Assembly: GCA_963720955.1 (NCBI GenBank)
Contig: CAVRHK010000028.1
Coordinates: forward strand, 48,333-112,332
Direction: 5' to 3'
Origin: an uncultured Acidobacteriaceae bacterium
GTDB lineage: Bacteria; Acidobacteriota; Terriglobia; Terriglobales; Acidobacteriaceae
Length of the DNA stretch: 64,000 nt
The translations under genes and the position numbers were made by a program. Under the pieces are notes generated by a model. The model was not told the DNA's origin and ran no database searches. It worked only from the letters and a program-made list of their open reading frames with translations. Of the stretch, positions 50,257 to 60,294 are shown in pieces (within the stretch, counting starts at the first letter, position 1; each line of letters begins with the position of its first letter).

Positions 50257-51429
50257 ATGTCTACTCCCCAACCGTCCCGGTTTACGTTTACTCGACGGCA
50301 GAGCGCGTCGAACAAGACGCCGCGCCAGATCAACCGGAACCTGGTCTTCAATCTAGTGCGGACGCGTCAGCCACTGTCGCGCGCCGACCTTGCACGCGTG
50401 TCCGGACTGCAGCGGAGTACGGTTTCGCTGATCGTTGAAGATCTGATCAAAGAGAAATGGATACTCGAGGGTTCAACTGGAAGACCACCGCGCGGACGCA
50501 GGCCGACGTTTTTGGAGTTGAACCACCAACGTGCGGTGATCGCGCTTGATATTCATCCGTCGCAGACTACGGTAGCTGTCACGGACCTCGGCGGCAAGAT
50601 CGTCGCCCAGAATGTCGTTGCGCTGGCCGAGGATCCGAACAAGGCTATCCAGGCCATCATCGCGTCGATTCGCAAGCTGATCGCCGCCCACAGTGACAAA
50701 TCGTTCGATGGCATCGGCATCAGTCTTCCAGGGCGCGCGGACCCGCTGCTTGAGAAACTTATCTTCGCGCCGAACCTCAAATGGCCGGTCTCGAGTATCA
50801 AGTCTCGGATTCAACGTGCCACAGGCCTGCACGTCGAGATGGACAACGTCGCCAATGCCTGCGCGCTCTCGGAAGTCTGGTTCGGCGATAGCGATGGCTT
50901 GCATGATCTGGTTGTCGTTAACGTCTCCGAAGGAATTGGGACCGGGATCTTCGCTAATGGGCAGCTGCTTCGCGGCGCCAATGGTATGGCTGGAGAGTTT
51001 GGCCATGTGCAGATGGACACCGATGGTCCGCTCTGCGGCTGCGGCGGTCGCGGCTGTTGGGAGACGGTCAGTTCGAATCGCGCGGGGCTTCGGTACTACC
51101 AGGAGCTGAGCGGGATCGCTCCGCCGCAGAGTTTTGCTGCGCTGGTCAAGATGGCCCAGGCTGACGATGTTTATGCCATCAAGGCTCTTGAAAAGATGTC
51201 TTCTTTCCTGGGCCGAGGTCTGCGCATGATCTCGTCGGCACTGGCTCCAAGCGAGATCGTGATTGTTGGCGATATTACAACCGCTTGGTACATGTTCGGA
51301 CCGGTCGTTGAAGCCGAACTCAAACTTAACGCTCTCTCCAAGGAGCCGAGATTGCGGCCTTCTTTTGAAGGAAACACCGCGCGGCTGCGCAGTGCGGTTG
51401 CGTTGGTGATGAACGGAAGTCTGGTCTAA
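50257..51429 (+). CDS. ROK-family transcriptional repressor
   Basis: SRADLARVSGL HTH; DNVANACALSE and GEFGH..CGCG.RGCWE. Confidence 0.92.
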   Translation: MSTPQPSRFTFTRRQSASNKTPRQINRNLVFNLVRTRQPLSRADLARVSGLQRSTVSLIVEDLIKEKWILEGSTGRPPRGRRPTFLELNHQRAVIALDIHPSQTTVAVTDLGGKIVAQNVVALAEDPNKAIQAIIASIRKLIAAHSDKSFDGIGISLPGRADPLLEKLIFAPNLKWPVSSIKSRIQRATGLHVEMDNVANACALSEVWFGDSDGLHDLVVVNVSEGIGTGIFANGQLLRGANGMAGEFGHVQMDTDGPLCGCGGRGCWETVSSNRAGLRYYQELSGIAPPQSFAALVKMAQADDVYAIKALEKMSSFLGRGLRMISSALAPSEIVIVGDITTAWYMFGPVVEAELKLNALSKEPRLRPSFEGNTARLRSAVALVMNGSLV

Positions 51430-51447
51430 AAAACAAAGAAAAGGAAT

Positions 51448-52638
51448 ATGATAGTGCTTTTTTTAAACACAGTGTCGTTTCGAAGCATTGCATTGGGCTT
51501 GTCTCTCAGTGCAACGTGTCTCAGTTCTTATGCGCAGACTGCACCGGCTGCTGCGCCCTCGCCGGTAGAGCGTGAACATGTTGGCGATGCGCCAGACGAT
51601 CCTGGACCGCTTGCAACGGATCTCTCGGCGGATCTAAAGCCGAGGGCAATCGACGCTGCGATGAAGAAGGTCGGCGACTGGCAGGTGAAGGTCGCCGAGC
51701 CAAACTTTAACAGGCAGTGGACCTTCGCTGCGCTCTACGATGGCCTGCTCGCAGCTTCGAAGACTACGGGCGATTCGAAGTATCACGATGCTGTGCTTCA
51801 CTTCGCGGAACGCTCTGACTGGACGCTGATCAGCAACCGTTTTCCCCATGCGGACGATCAGGCTTTCGGACAGGCTTATCTCGATCTCTACCTTGAAGAC
51901 AAGAAGCCGGTGCGAATGGCAGACACGAAGGCCACTATGGATCGGCTGATCGTTCGTCCCGACGATCCGGACAAGCTGCTCTGGTGGTGGTGTGATGCGC
52001 TGTTCATGTCGCCGCCCGTGTTGCTGCGCATGTATGAGATCACGCATGACAAGAAGTATCTCGACTACATGGACCACGAGTGGTGGCTCACCTCGGCCAG
52101 CCTGTACAACCAGGAGAATCATCTCTACTTCCGCGACAGCCGCTACTTTACGCAGAAGCAGGCGAACGGCAAACCGATCTTCTGGTCGCGGGGTAACGGC
52201 TGGGTGATGGGCGCGCTGGTGAACGTGCTTCAGATTTTGCCTAAGGACTATCCGTCGCGCCCGAAGTACGTTGCGCAGTTTCGTGAGATGGCCGCTGAGA
52301 TCGCGAAGATTCAGAGTGCGGACGGACTCTGGCGTTCGGGGCTGCTTGATCCTGATGCTTACGATCTGCCTGAGGTCTCGGGCTCGGCGTTCTTCACGTT
52401 TGGAATTGCTTATGGGATCAACGAGAAGATTCTGGATCGCAAGACCTATCTGCCTGTAATTGAAAAATCGTGGAAGGGAATGATTTCCCACATCTACGCG
52501 GACGGGCGGCTAGGTTCGATTCAGCCCATCGGGGCCGACCCTGGCAAGTTCCAACCTTCGGCCAGCTATGTCTTCGGCGTCGGCGGCTTCCTTCTTGCAG
52601 GTTCGGAGATGCATCGGCTCGCTGCAGGAAAGCACTAA
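51448..52638 (+). CDS. GH105/GH88 unsaturated uronyl hydrolase
   Basis: HADD, WWCDALFM, FWSRGNGW and EVSGS; signal peptide. Confidence 0.9.
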   Translation: MIVLFLNTVSFRSIALGLSLSATCLSSYAQTAPAAAPSPVEREHVGDAPDDPGPLATDLSADLKPRAIDAAMKKVGDWQVKVAEPNFNRQWTFAALYDGLLAASKTTGDSKYHDAVLHFAERSDWTLISNRFPHADDQAFGQAYLDLYLEDKKPVRMADTKATMDRLIVRPDDPDKLLWWWCDALFMSPPVLLRMYEITHDKKYLDYMDHEWWLTSASLYNQENHLYFRDSRYFTQKQANGKPIFWSRGNGWVMGALVNVLQILPKDYPSRPKYVAQFREMAAEIAKIQSADGLWRSGLLDPDAYDLPEVSGSAFFTFGIAYGINEKILDRKTYLPVIEKSWKGMISHIYADGRLGSIQPIGADPGKFQPSASYVFGVGGFLLAGSEMHRLAAGKH

Positions 52639-53847
52639 CCTTTTCTTAGAGGCTCCCGGCTTCGCCATCCATAACAACGGTTGGCGGACCGGGAAGTTTC
52701 GAATCACCTCAGGCACGACGGGATCTGGATTGAGCGTCTTCCATAGGGCGATGTAGTCGTTTTGCCTGTAGGCGACGCCGGCGAAGAGCAGGCTCGGCTG
52801 ACGATTGGGAAAGTCGTCCCAGTGCTCGACGTCTTGTTTGTATGGCCACGCGGTCTTGTTCTTGATGAACGGAGCCATAAAGGCTATGACCTTGCGCATG
52901 CTGCGCCCATCCGGAGTCGTGAAGGTCCAGAGGTTGTCTGATACGGTCGAAAGCGTCTGACAGATTGTGCTCATCACGTCGAGATCGAAGAGACAATAGC
53001 TGTAGGGCTTGGTGCGGGCTAATTCGAGCGGAAGACTGCCATCCGGGGCCACCTGATCGGGTACCAGCGTTGACTTGAAACGTTCGCGGCACCATGTCAT
53101 CACTTCTGTGTTTCCGGTAAAGCTTGCGAATTCGGCCGCCTGCATTACCCAGCAGCTTCCGTGGTTGTTTTTCGCATCGCGCTCCTCCTGGCCGTTCTTC
53201 GAGGTGCGCATCCACTCCAGATAATCGGAGAACCAGTGCTTGATTTCTACGGCGCCTTCGAGCACGCCGCCGTTTGCAAGGACGGTCGCTGCGCGAGCGG
53301 GTTCGACCAGATGTAGCGTGTCGATGATCCCGATGCCGCGACCATTGTTCAAATTGAAGATCGCCTGTGCGTATTCGAGGTCCGGGTTCATCTTCGTGGC
53401 TGGGTCGACGAACCACGCACGCAGATGCTTTCCTGCGTGATCGGCGTACTTCTTCTCTCCGGTCAGTTCCCACGCCGCCGCGAGCGCTGGAACGATGAGG
53501 CTGAGCCGCACCATCGCCTTTCGGTGTTCGTCGAAGTTGGCTGGGTTGGAAAATCCGTCGCGCCGTATGTAGGGTCCGTTCGGGTTCTTCTCGTCGGGCC
53601 ACCAGTAATCGCCTTCGGAGAAGTAGTCGTGCACTCCGCCCTTGCTTCGTTGGCTATGTGCGGCGGTGACAGTGATCGGCTGCTCGGAGACGTATCGATT
53701 CGCGGCGGCGAGAATCCGCTTGCGGTCTGTCGCTGCGACAAGATCATAGGGCGTGGTTGCGTCCTTCGCCCAGGTAGACCCAAGAGCCAGGCAGCCCGTC
53801 GCTCCAGCTGCCAATGCGAAAAACTCCCGCCTCGTCGTGAACCCCAT
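52510..53847 (-). CDS. Tat-exported polysaccharide lyase, alginate-lyase (PF05426) fold, PL5/PL38-like
   Basis: TRREFF; HDYFSEGDYWWPD, PYIRRDG, NNHG and ELARTKPYSY. True stop probably near 52635. Confidence 0.85.
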   Translation of the reverse strand: MGFTTRREFFALAAGATGCLALGSTWAKDATTPYDLVAATDRKRILAAANRYVSEQPITVTAAHSQRSKGGVHDYFSEGDYWWPDEKNPNGPYIRRDGFSNPANFDEHRKAMVRLSLIVPALAAAWELTGEKKYADHAGKHLRAWFVDPATKMNPDLEYAQAIFNLNNGRGIGIIDTLHLVEPARAATVLANGGVLEGAVEIKHWFSDYLEWMRTSKNGQEERDAKNNHGSCWVMQAAEFASFTGNTEVMTWCRERFKSTLVPDQVAPDGSLPLELARTKPYSYCLFDLDVMSTICQTLSTVSDNLWTFTTPDGRSMRKVIAFMAPFIKNKTAWPYKQDVEHWDDFPNRQPSLLFAGVAYRQNDYIALWKTLNPDPVVPEVIRNFPVRQPLLWMAKPGASKKRLVLSCSEPMHLRTCKKEAADAEDIAGRRLELARVGPDGLNRT

Positions 53848-54036
53848 CGATCAGACCGCCTCTTTAATTCGTACAAATTTCGCTTCGCCAATGATACCCA
53901 GTCTTTGCAGTCCCCAACAGTTATGGACTTAGAATCAGACGCTTGGCGGATCAATGTGCATTGCTACTTGACGGACTGAATGGTCATTCAGTATGCTTCG
54001 CATCGTTCGGGTAAATCGCCCGCCGGAGCCCGCAAG

Positions 54037-56532
54037 ATGCCGTCCAGTACCACTGCTGCACCCTCGACCAAGCACAGACAGATCAGCAAGGTGGCCGTTC
54101 TCGGAGCCGGCACGATGGGCTCGCGCATCGCCGCGCATATCACCAACGCAGGCCTTCCTGTGGTGATGCTGGACATTGTCCCTCCGGGCACCGACGCTAA
54201 CGCGCCGAAGCAGGAGCGGAACAAGATCGTCCTGGCTGCGCTCGATGGTTTGAAGAAGTCTAAGCCTGCGGCCTTCTATTCGCCCGAGAGCGCGCGCCTC
54301 ATCACGATCGGCAACTTCGACGATGACCTCGCCTTGATCGCCGGCTGCGACTGGATCATCGAGGTGGTCGCCGAGAACCTGGAGATCAAGCGGGCGCTGC
54401 TGAACAAGGTGCTGCAGCATCGTCACGCCGACTCCATCGTTACCAGTAACACCAGCGGCCTGCCGATCCACGAGATCGTCAAGGATATGCCGATGCAGTT
54501 GCGCCGCCACTGGTTTGGCACGCACTTCTTCAATCCGCCGCGGTATATGCGATTGCTTGAGATGATTGCGACGCCGGATTCGGATCCCGCAGATATGGCC
54601 GCCGTCGAGCACTTCTGCGATTTGCGTTTGGGCAAGGCTATCGTCCACGCGCACGATACGCCAAACTTTATCGCGAATCGCATCGGCACTTTCTCGATGA
54701 GCAACGCTATTCGTCTGATGCAGGAGCAGGGGCTTTCGATTGAAGAGGTCGACACGCTGACCGGTGCGGCGATCGGCTGGCCGAAGACGGGAACTTTTCG
54801 CCTCGGCGACATGGTTGGCGTCGATGTGATGGCGCATGTGGCGAAGAATTTTTCGGCGCAGGCTGCGCAAGATCAAGGACGAGCGCGCCGAGGTGGCGCT
54901 TGCGCCGTTTATCGACAAGATGCTCGAAAACAAATGGCTGGGCGATAAGACGAAACAGGGCTTCTACAAGAAGGAGGGCAAGGACGCCGAAGGCCGCGAC
55001 TTGCGCCACGTTCTCGACTGGCAGACGCTCGATTACAAGCCGAGCATGCGGCCCAAATTTCCGGCGATCGAGATGGCGAAGAACGTGGAGTCCGCGCATG
55101 CTCGAATTGCGCAGCTTCTGCACGGCGATGCCGGCAAGGACAAGGCGGCAGCTTTCTACTGGCCGTTCCTCACGGAGCTTTTCACGTACAGTGCCAACCG
55201 GGTGCCCGAGATTGCAGACAACATTGTCGAGATCGATCAGGCGATGAAGGCCGGATACAACTGGGAGCTTGGGCCGTTTGAGATGTTTGATGCTGCGGGC
55301 GTTCGCGCGACCACGGACAAGATGCGTGCTGCTGGTTTGCCGGTTTCGGCGAATGTGGAGAAGCTTCTCGCCTACGCCGACAAGCAGGGCGATGCTCAAT
55401 CCGACCTGGTACAAGGATGATGCCTCTGTTGCCGTCGGGCCGTCTCTTCTTCGATCTCGTTGCCGGCGAATATCAGCCGGTTATTACGGCGGAGGGCGTT
55501 ACCTCGCTGTGCTGTGATCAAGAAGGCGAAGGGTGTTGTGAAGAAGAACCCGGGCGCCTCTGTTATCGATCTCGGCGATGGTGTCGCGGCGATTGAACTG
55601 CACTCCAAGATGAACGCGCTCGGTGACGACATCGTCAATCTGATTACGCAGACGCTGAAGCCATCGGGCGAGATTGCCAGCAACTTTGAGGCGTTCGTCA
55701 TCACAGGCGACTCGGTCAACTTCTCAGTGGGCGCCAATCTCATGCAACTGCTGCTCGGCATCCAGGAAGAGGAGTGGGATGAGGTCGAGATGGCCGTGCG
55801 CGCGTTCCAGAACATGACGCAGGCCATCAAGTTCTGTCCGCGACCTGTGGTCGTTGCGCCTTATGGCATGTGTCTTGGTGGCGGTGTGGAGATATCGCTT
55901 CATGCGGCGGCGCGCCAGCCTCATGCGGAGCTTTATATGGGCCTCGTCGAAGCCGGTGTCGGCTTGATTCCGGGTGGCGGTGGCTGCAAGGAGATGACGC
56001 ATCCGCAGCGTCGAAGCGGGCTCAAGCATCCGTCCTGACGCGCGCGGCGAAGGCGTTGAGATCTTCGAGGCGTTGAAGAAGAACTTCGAGACGATTGCGA
56101 TGGCGAAGGTTTCGACCTCTGCCGCTGAGGCACGTTCGATGGGCTTCTTCAGGGCATCCGACAACATCACGACGAATCGCGAGCGGTTGCTGACCGATGC
56201 GAAGACCAAGGCTCGAGCGATCGCTGACGCCGGTTATAGCGCGCCGACGCCCCTCGACCGCCATTCCAGCGCCGGGAGAGAGCGTGCTGGCGACGTTGAA
56301 GCTCGCCGTGTGGACGATGCGCGAAGGGCAGTACATCTCCGATCACGACGTGAAGATCGCCAACTGGGTGGCGTACGCTCTTTGTGGGGGCAAGGTAACT
56401 CCCGGTACGCCGGTTACTGAGCAATATCTGCTCGATCTCGAACGCGAGGCGTTCCTCAGCCTCTGCGGGGAGAAGAAGACGCAGGAACGAATTGCGTTTA
56501 CGTTGAAGACGGGAAAGCCGTTGAGGAATTAG
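54037..56532 (+). CDS. 3-hydroxyacyl-CoA dehydrogenase/enoyl-CoA hydratase (FadN-type), multiple frameshifts
   Basis: GAGTMG, SNTSG, HFFNPPRY, WELGPFE, FSVGANL, MGLVEAGVGLIPGGGG and TGKPLRN, spread over five or more frames. Confidence 0.88.
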
Positions 56533-56541
56533 GAGTCAGAT

Positions 56542-57724
<1,183 letters not shown>

Positions 57725-57728
57725 AACG

Positions 57729-58157
57729 ATGCGACGTTACTCCATGCCGAACAGGGAAGCTGCAGCAAAGATATTTCCGAAAAGCCGCAAGGATCGCAAT
57801 ACGCTTTGGAAGATTGGAGCATCTCTTGCATTAATGGCTCTTTTTGTTGTGACTGTCTTGTTTTTCCAACATCGGCGCCAGGAAGAGATGGAGAATTCCT
57901 GGGAAAGCGCTACGGCGACGATCGAGGAAGTTAGACCTGTTGTTGCTTCGCAGGCAGCGCGCGGGATGCTCTATCGACCAGAGGTATTGGCTCACTATAA
58001 GGCAAATGGCTCGGAATATAGGCGGTGGATTTTGATAGAGCGGCTGCCGGAATCTCTTGAAAGTTTGCATTTTCGAGCGTTCCGATGGAAGGGGCAACAG
58101 TGCATTGTTCGATGGAAGGCGTCGAAGCCGGATCAAGTAGTTCCAGAGTTGAACTAA
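57729..58157 (+). CDS. Small single-TM hypothetical protein (DUF3592-like)
   Basis: One TM helix followed by W..ATATI...Y.A.G; sits in line within the fad operon. Confidence 0.55.
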   Translation: MRRYSMPNREAAAKIFPKSRKDRNTLWKIGASLALMALFVVTVLFFQHRRQEEMENSWESATATIEEVRPVVASQAARGMLYRPEVLAHYKANGSEYRRWILIERLPESLESLHFRAFRWKGQQCIVRWKASKPDQVVPELN

Positions 58158-58185
58158 ACACAGCGATTTTTGAAGGAGCACTACG

Positions 58186-60003
58186 ATGGCCACAATGACT
58201 GCACCAATCGCCGACACGAAGCGCACCCCCGGCGGCAGCTTCCTTATCACCGACTCTGCCGCCGCCGACTGCTTCTTCCCCGAAGATTTCACCGATGAGC
58301 AGAAGCAGATCGCCGAGACTACAGCGAACTTCGCCATCAACGAGATCATGCCAGCGTCCGACCAGATCGAGGCGAAGGATTTCACTGTGACCAAACGCCT
58401 GCTCAAAGAGGCCGCGGATCTCGGCCTCACAGCGATCGATATTCCCGAGGAGTACGGCGGCCTTGAGATGGATAAGGTGACCTCCGCGATCGTTGCGGAG
58501 AACATCTCCAAGCAGGCGAGCTTCTCGGTGTCCTTCTCTGCACACACAGGCATCGGCACGTTGCCTCTGGTCTGGTACGGCACCCCCGAGCAGAAGAAAA
58601 AATATCTGCCGAAGATTGCTTCGGGCGAGATTATCTCAGCTTATGCGTTATCGGAGTCGACTAGCGGATCGGATGCGGTGAATGCGAAGACGCGGGCTGT
58701 GCGCTCGGCCGACGGATCAACCTACACGCTGAACGGCGAGAAGATGTGGATCTCGAACGCCGGTTTCGCCGATCTGTTCACTGTGTTCGCAAAGTGTGCG
58801 ATTCCTGATGGTCCTGATGCGGGAAAGGAGAAGCTCACAGCGTTCCTGATCGAACGCGGTACGCCCGGGTTCACTCAGGGCAAGGAGGAGCACAAGCTCG
58901 GTATTCGTGGCAGCTCGACTTGTCCGCTGATTCTCACTGACTGTGTGATTCCTGCGGGGAATCTGCTGGGCGAGGTCGGCAAGGGACATCACATCGCGTT
59001 CAACATTCTGAACGTTGGGCGCTACAAGCTCGGGAATGCGGCGATCGGCGGCGGTCGCATGGCGCTCAACAATGGCGTCCGGTACGCCATCGATCGCAAG
59101 GCGTTCGGAAAATCAATCTCGGAGTTTGGGCTGATTCAGGAGAAGATTGCGAACTGCGCGACAGGGATCTTTGTTGGCGGCGCGGTGTGTTATCGGACCG
59201 TTGGCCTGATCGACAAGGCACTCGCCGGGGTCGACAAAAACGACACGAAGGAGATCCAGAAGCGCATCGAGGAGTACGCCGTTGAGTGCAGCATCGTAAA
59301 AGTGTGGGCGAGTGAGATGCTCGACATGGTCGTTGATGAGGTGCTGCAGATATTTGCCGGCTATGGCTATGTCGAAGAGTACCCGGCAGAGCGCGCCTAC
59401 CGCGATGCCCGTATCAATCGCATCTTTGAGGGTACGAACGAGATCAACCGCCTCATTATTACGGGCTGGCTGATGAAGTCGGCGATGTCCGGCAAATTGG
59501 CGTTGATGCCCGCCATCAAAAAGCTTATGGACGAGGTGATGTCTGGCCCGAGCGAGAAGATTGACCGCGAAGGGCCGCTTGCCGATGAGTTAAACCTTCT
59601 TGCAAACGCGAAGAAGCTTACGCTGTTCGTCGCGGGAGCGGCTACGCAGAGGTACATGCAGCAGATCGCCGACGAGCAGGAGGTGATGGGTGCCATGGCC
59701 GATATGATCATCGAGGTCTTCGCAATGGAGTCCGGCATCCTGCGCGCAGAGAAGATTGCTTCAGGGCAATCTGCCGAAGCCTCTGCGGTTCCCGTGGCCA
59801 TGGCCCGAATCTATGCTGATAAGGCGATGTCCACCATTGAGTTGTGCGCCCGGAAGGTCATCGCTGCCGTCGCGGAAGGGGACATGTTGCGCACGCAACT
59901 AACGATCCTCCGGCGCCTCTCCAAACACGACGCCGCCGACACGATCAAGCTGCGCCGCCAGGTGGCAAGGCACGTCATTCAGGCGGGAAAATATAGCTTG
60001 TAA
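58186..60003 (+). CDS. Acyl-CoA dehydrogenase (FadE-type, C-terminally extended)
   Basis: YALSESTSGSD, NGEKMWISN, GYGYVEEY and RINRIFEGTNEINR; AAGGAG RBS. Confidence 0.94.
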   Translation: MATMTAPIADTKRTPGGSFLITDSAAADCFFPEDFTDEQKQIAETTANFAINEIMPASDQIEAKDFTVTKRLLKEAADLGLTAIDIPEEYGGLEMDKVTSAIVAENISKQASFSVSFSAHTGIGTLPLVWYGTPEQKKKYLPKIASGEIISAYALSESTSGSDAVNAKTRAVRSADGSTYTLNGEKMWISNAGFADLFTVFAKCAIPDGPDAGKEKLTAFLIERGTPGFTQGKEEHKLGIRGSSTCPLILTDCVIPAGNLLGEVGKGHHIAFNILNVGRYKLGNAAIGGGRMALNNGVRYAIDRKAFGKSISEFGLIQEKIANCATGIFVGGAVCYRTVGLIDKALAGVDKNDTKEIQKRIEEYAVECSIVKVWASEMLDMVVDEVLQIFAGYGYVEEYPAERAYRDARINRIFEGTNEINRLIITGWLMKSAMSGKLALMPAIKKLMDEVMSGPSEKIDREGPLADELNLLANAKKLTLFVAGAATQRYMQQIADEQEVMGAMADMIIEVFAMESGILRAEKIASGQSAEASAVPVAMARIYADKAMSTIELCARKVIAAVAEGDMLRTQLTILRRLSKHDAADTIKLRRQVARHVIQAGKYSL

Positions 60004-60294
60004 GCGTCACTTTTCTGACCAGGTGTATCCGCCTGCCCTAAGGGGCCCCTTAAGGCCTTTGCTTGAGTCGCCCTTGAACGGATTGGCATCGTTCTCAAGC
60101 GACTGGCTGAGACGTTCAAAAACGGGAAATGTCAGACAATCTCTTTACTTCTGTAGGCGCAACATTTCGCCGCAGCGTCTGTCTAACCATGTACCTTGGT
60201 TTTCTGGGTTGTTTTTGCCTGCCACTTACTGTGGACCTCAGAAGCCACCCGTAATCCAATAGCAGTACTCCAGGTAGTAAGGTAGAAATCAGCC

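Noticed and set aside
52510-52638. 129-bp convergent overlap between the lyase and GH105
   Set aside because: Likely read-through caused by one extra base in a homopolymer near 52640; removing it gives a stop near 52635.
60039-60052. Perfect 14-bp palindrome TAAGGGGCCCCTTA after the acyl-CoA dehydrogenase
   Set aside because: Loopless and single-copy; cannot be assigned as terminator or operator.
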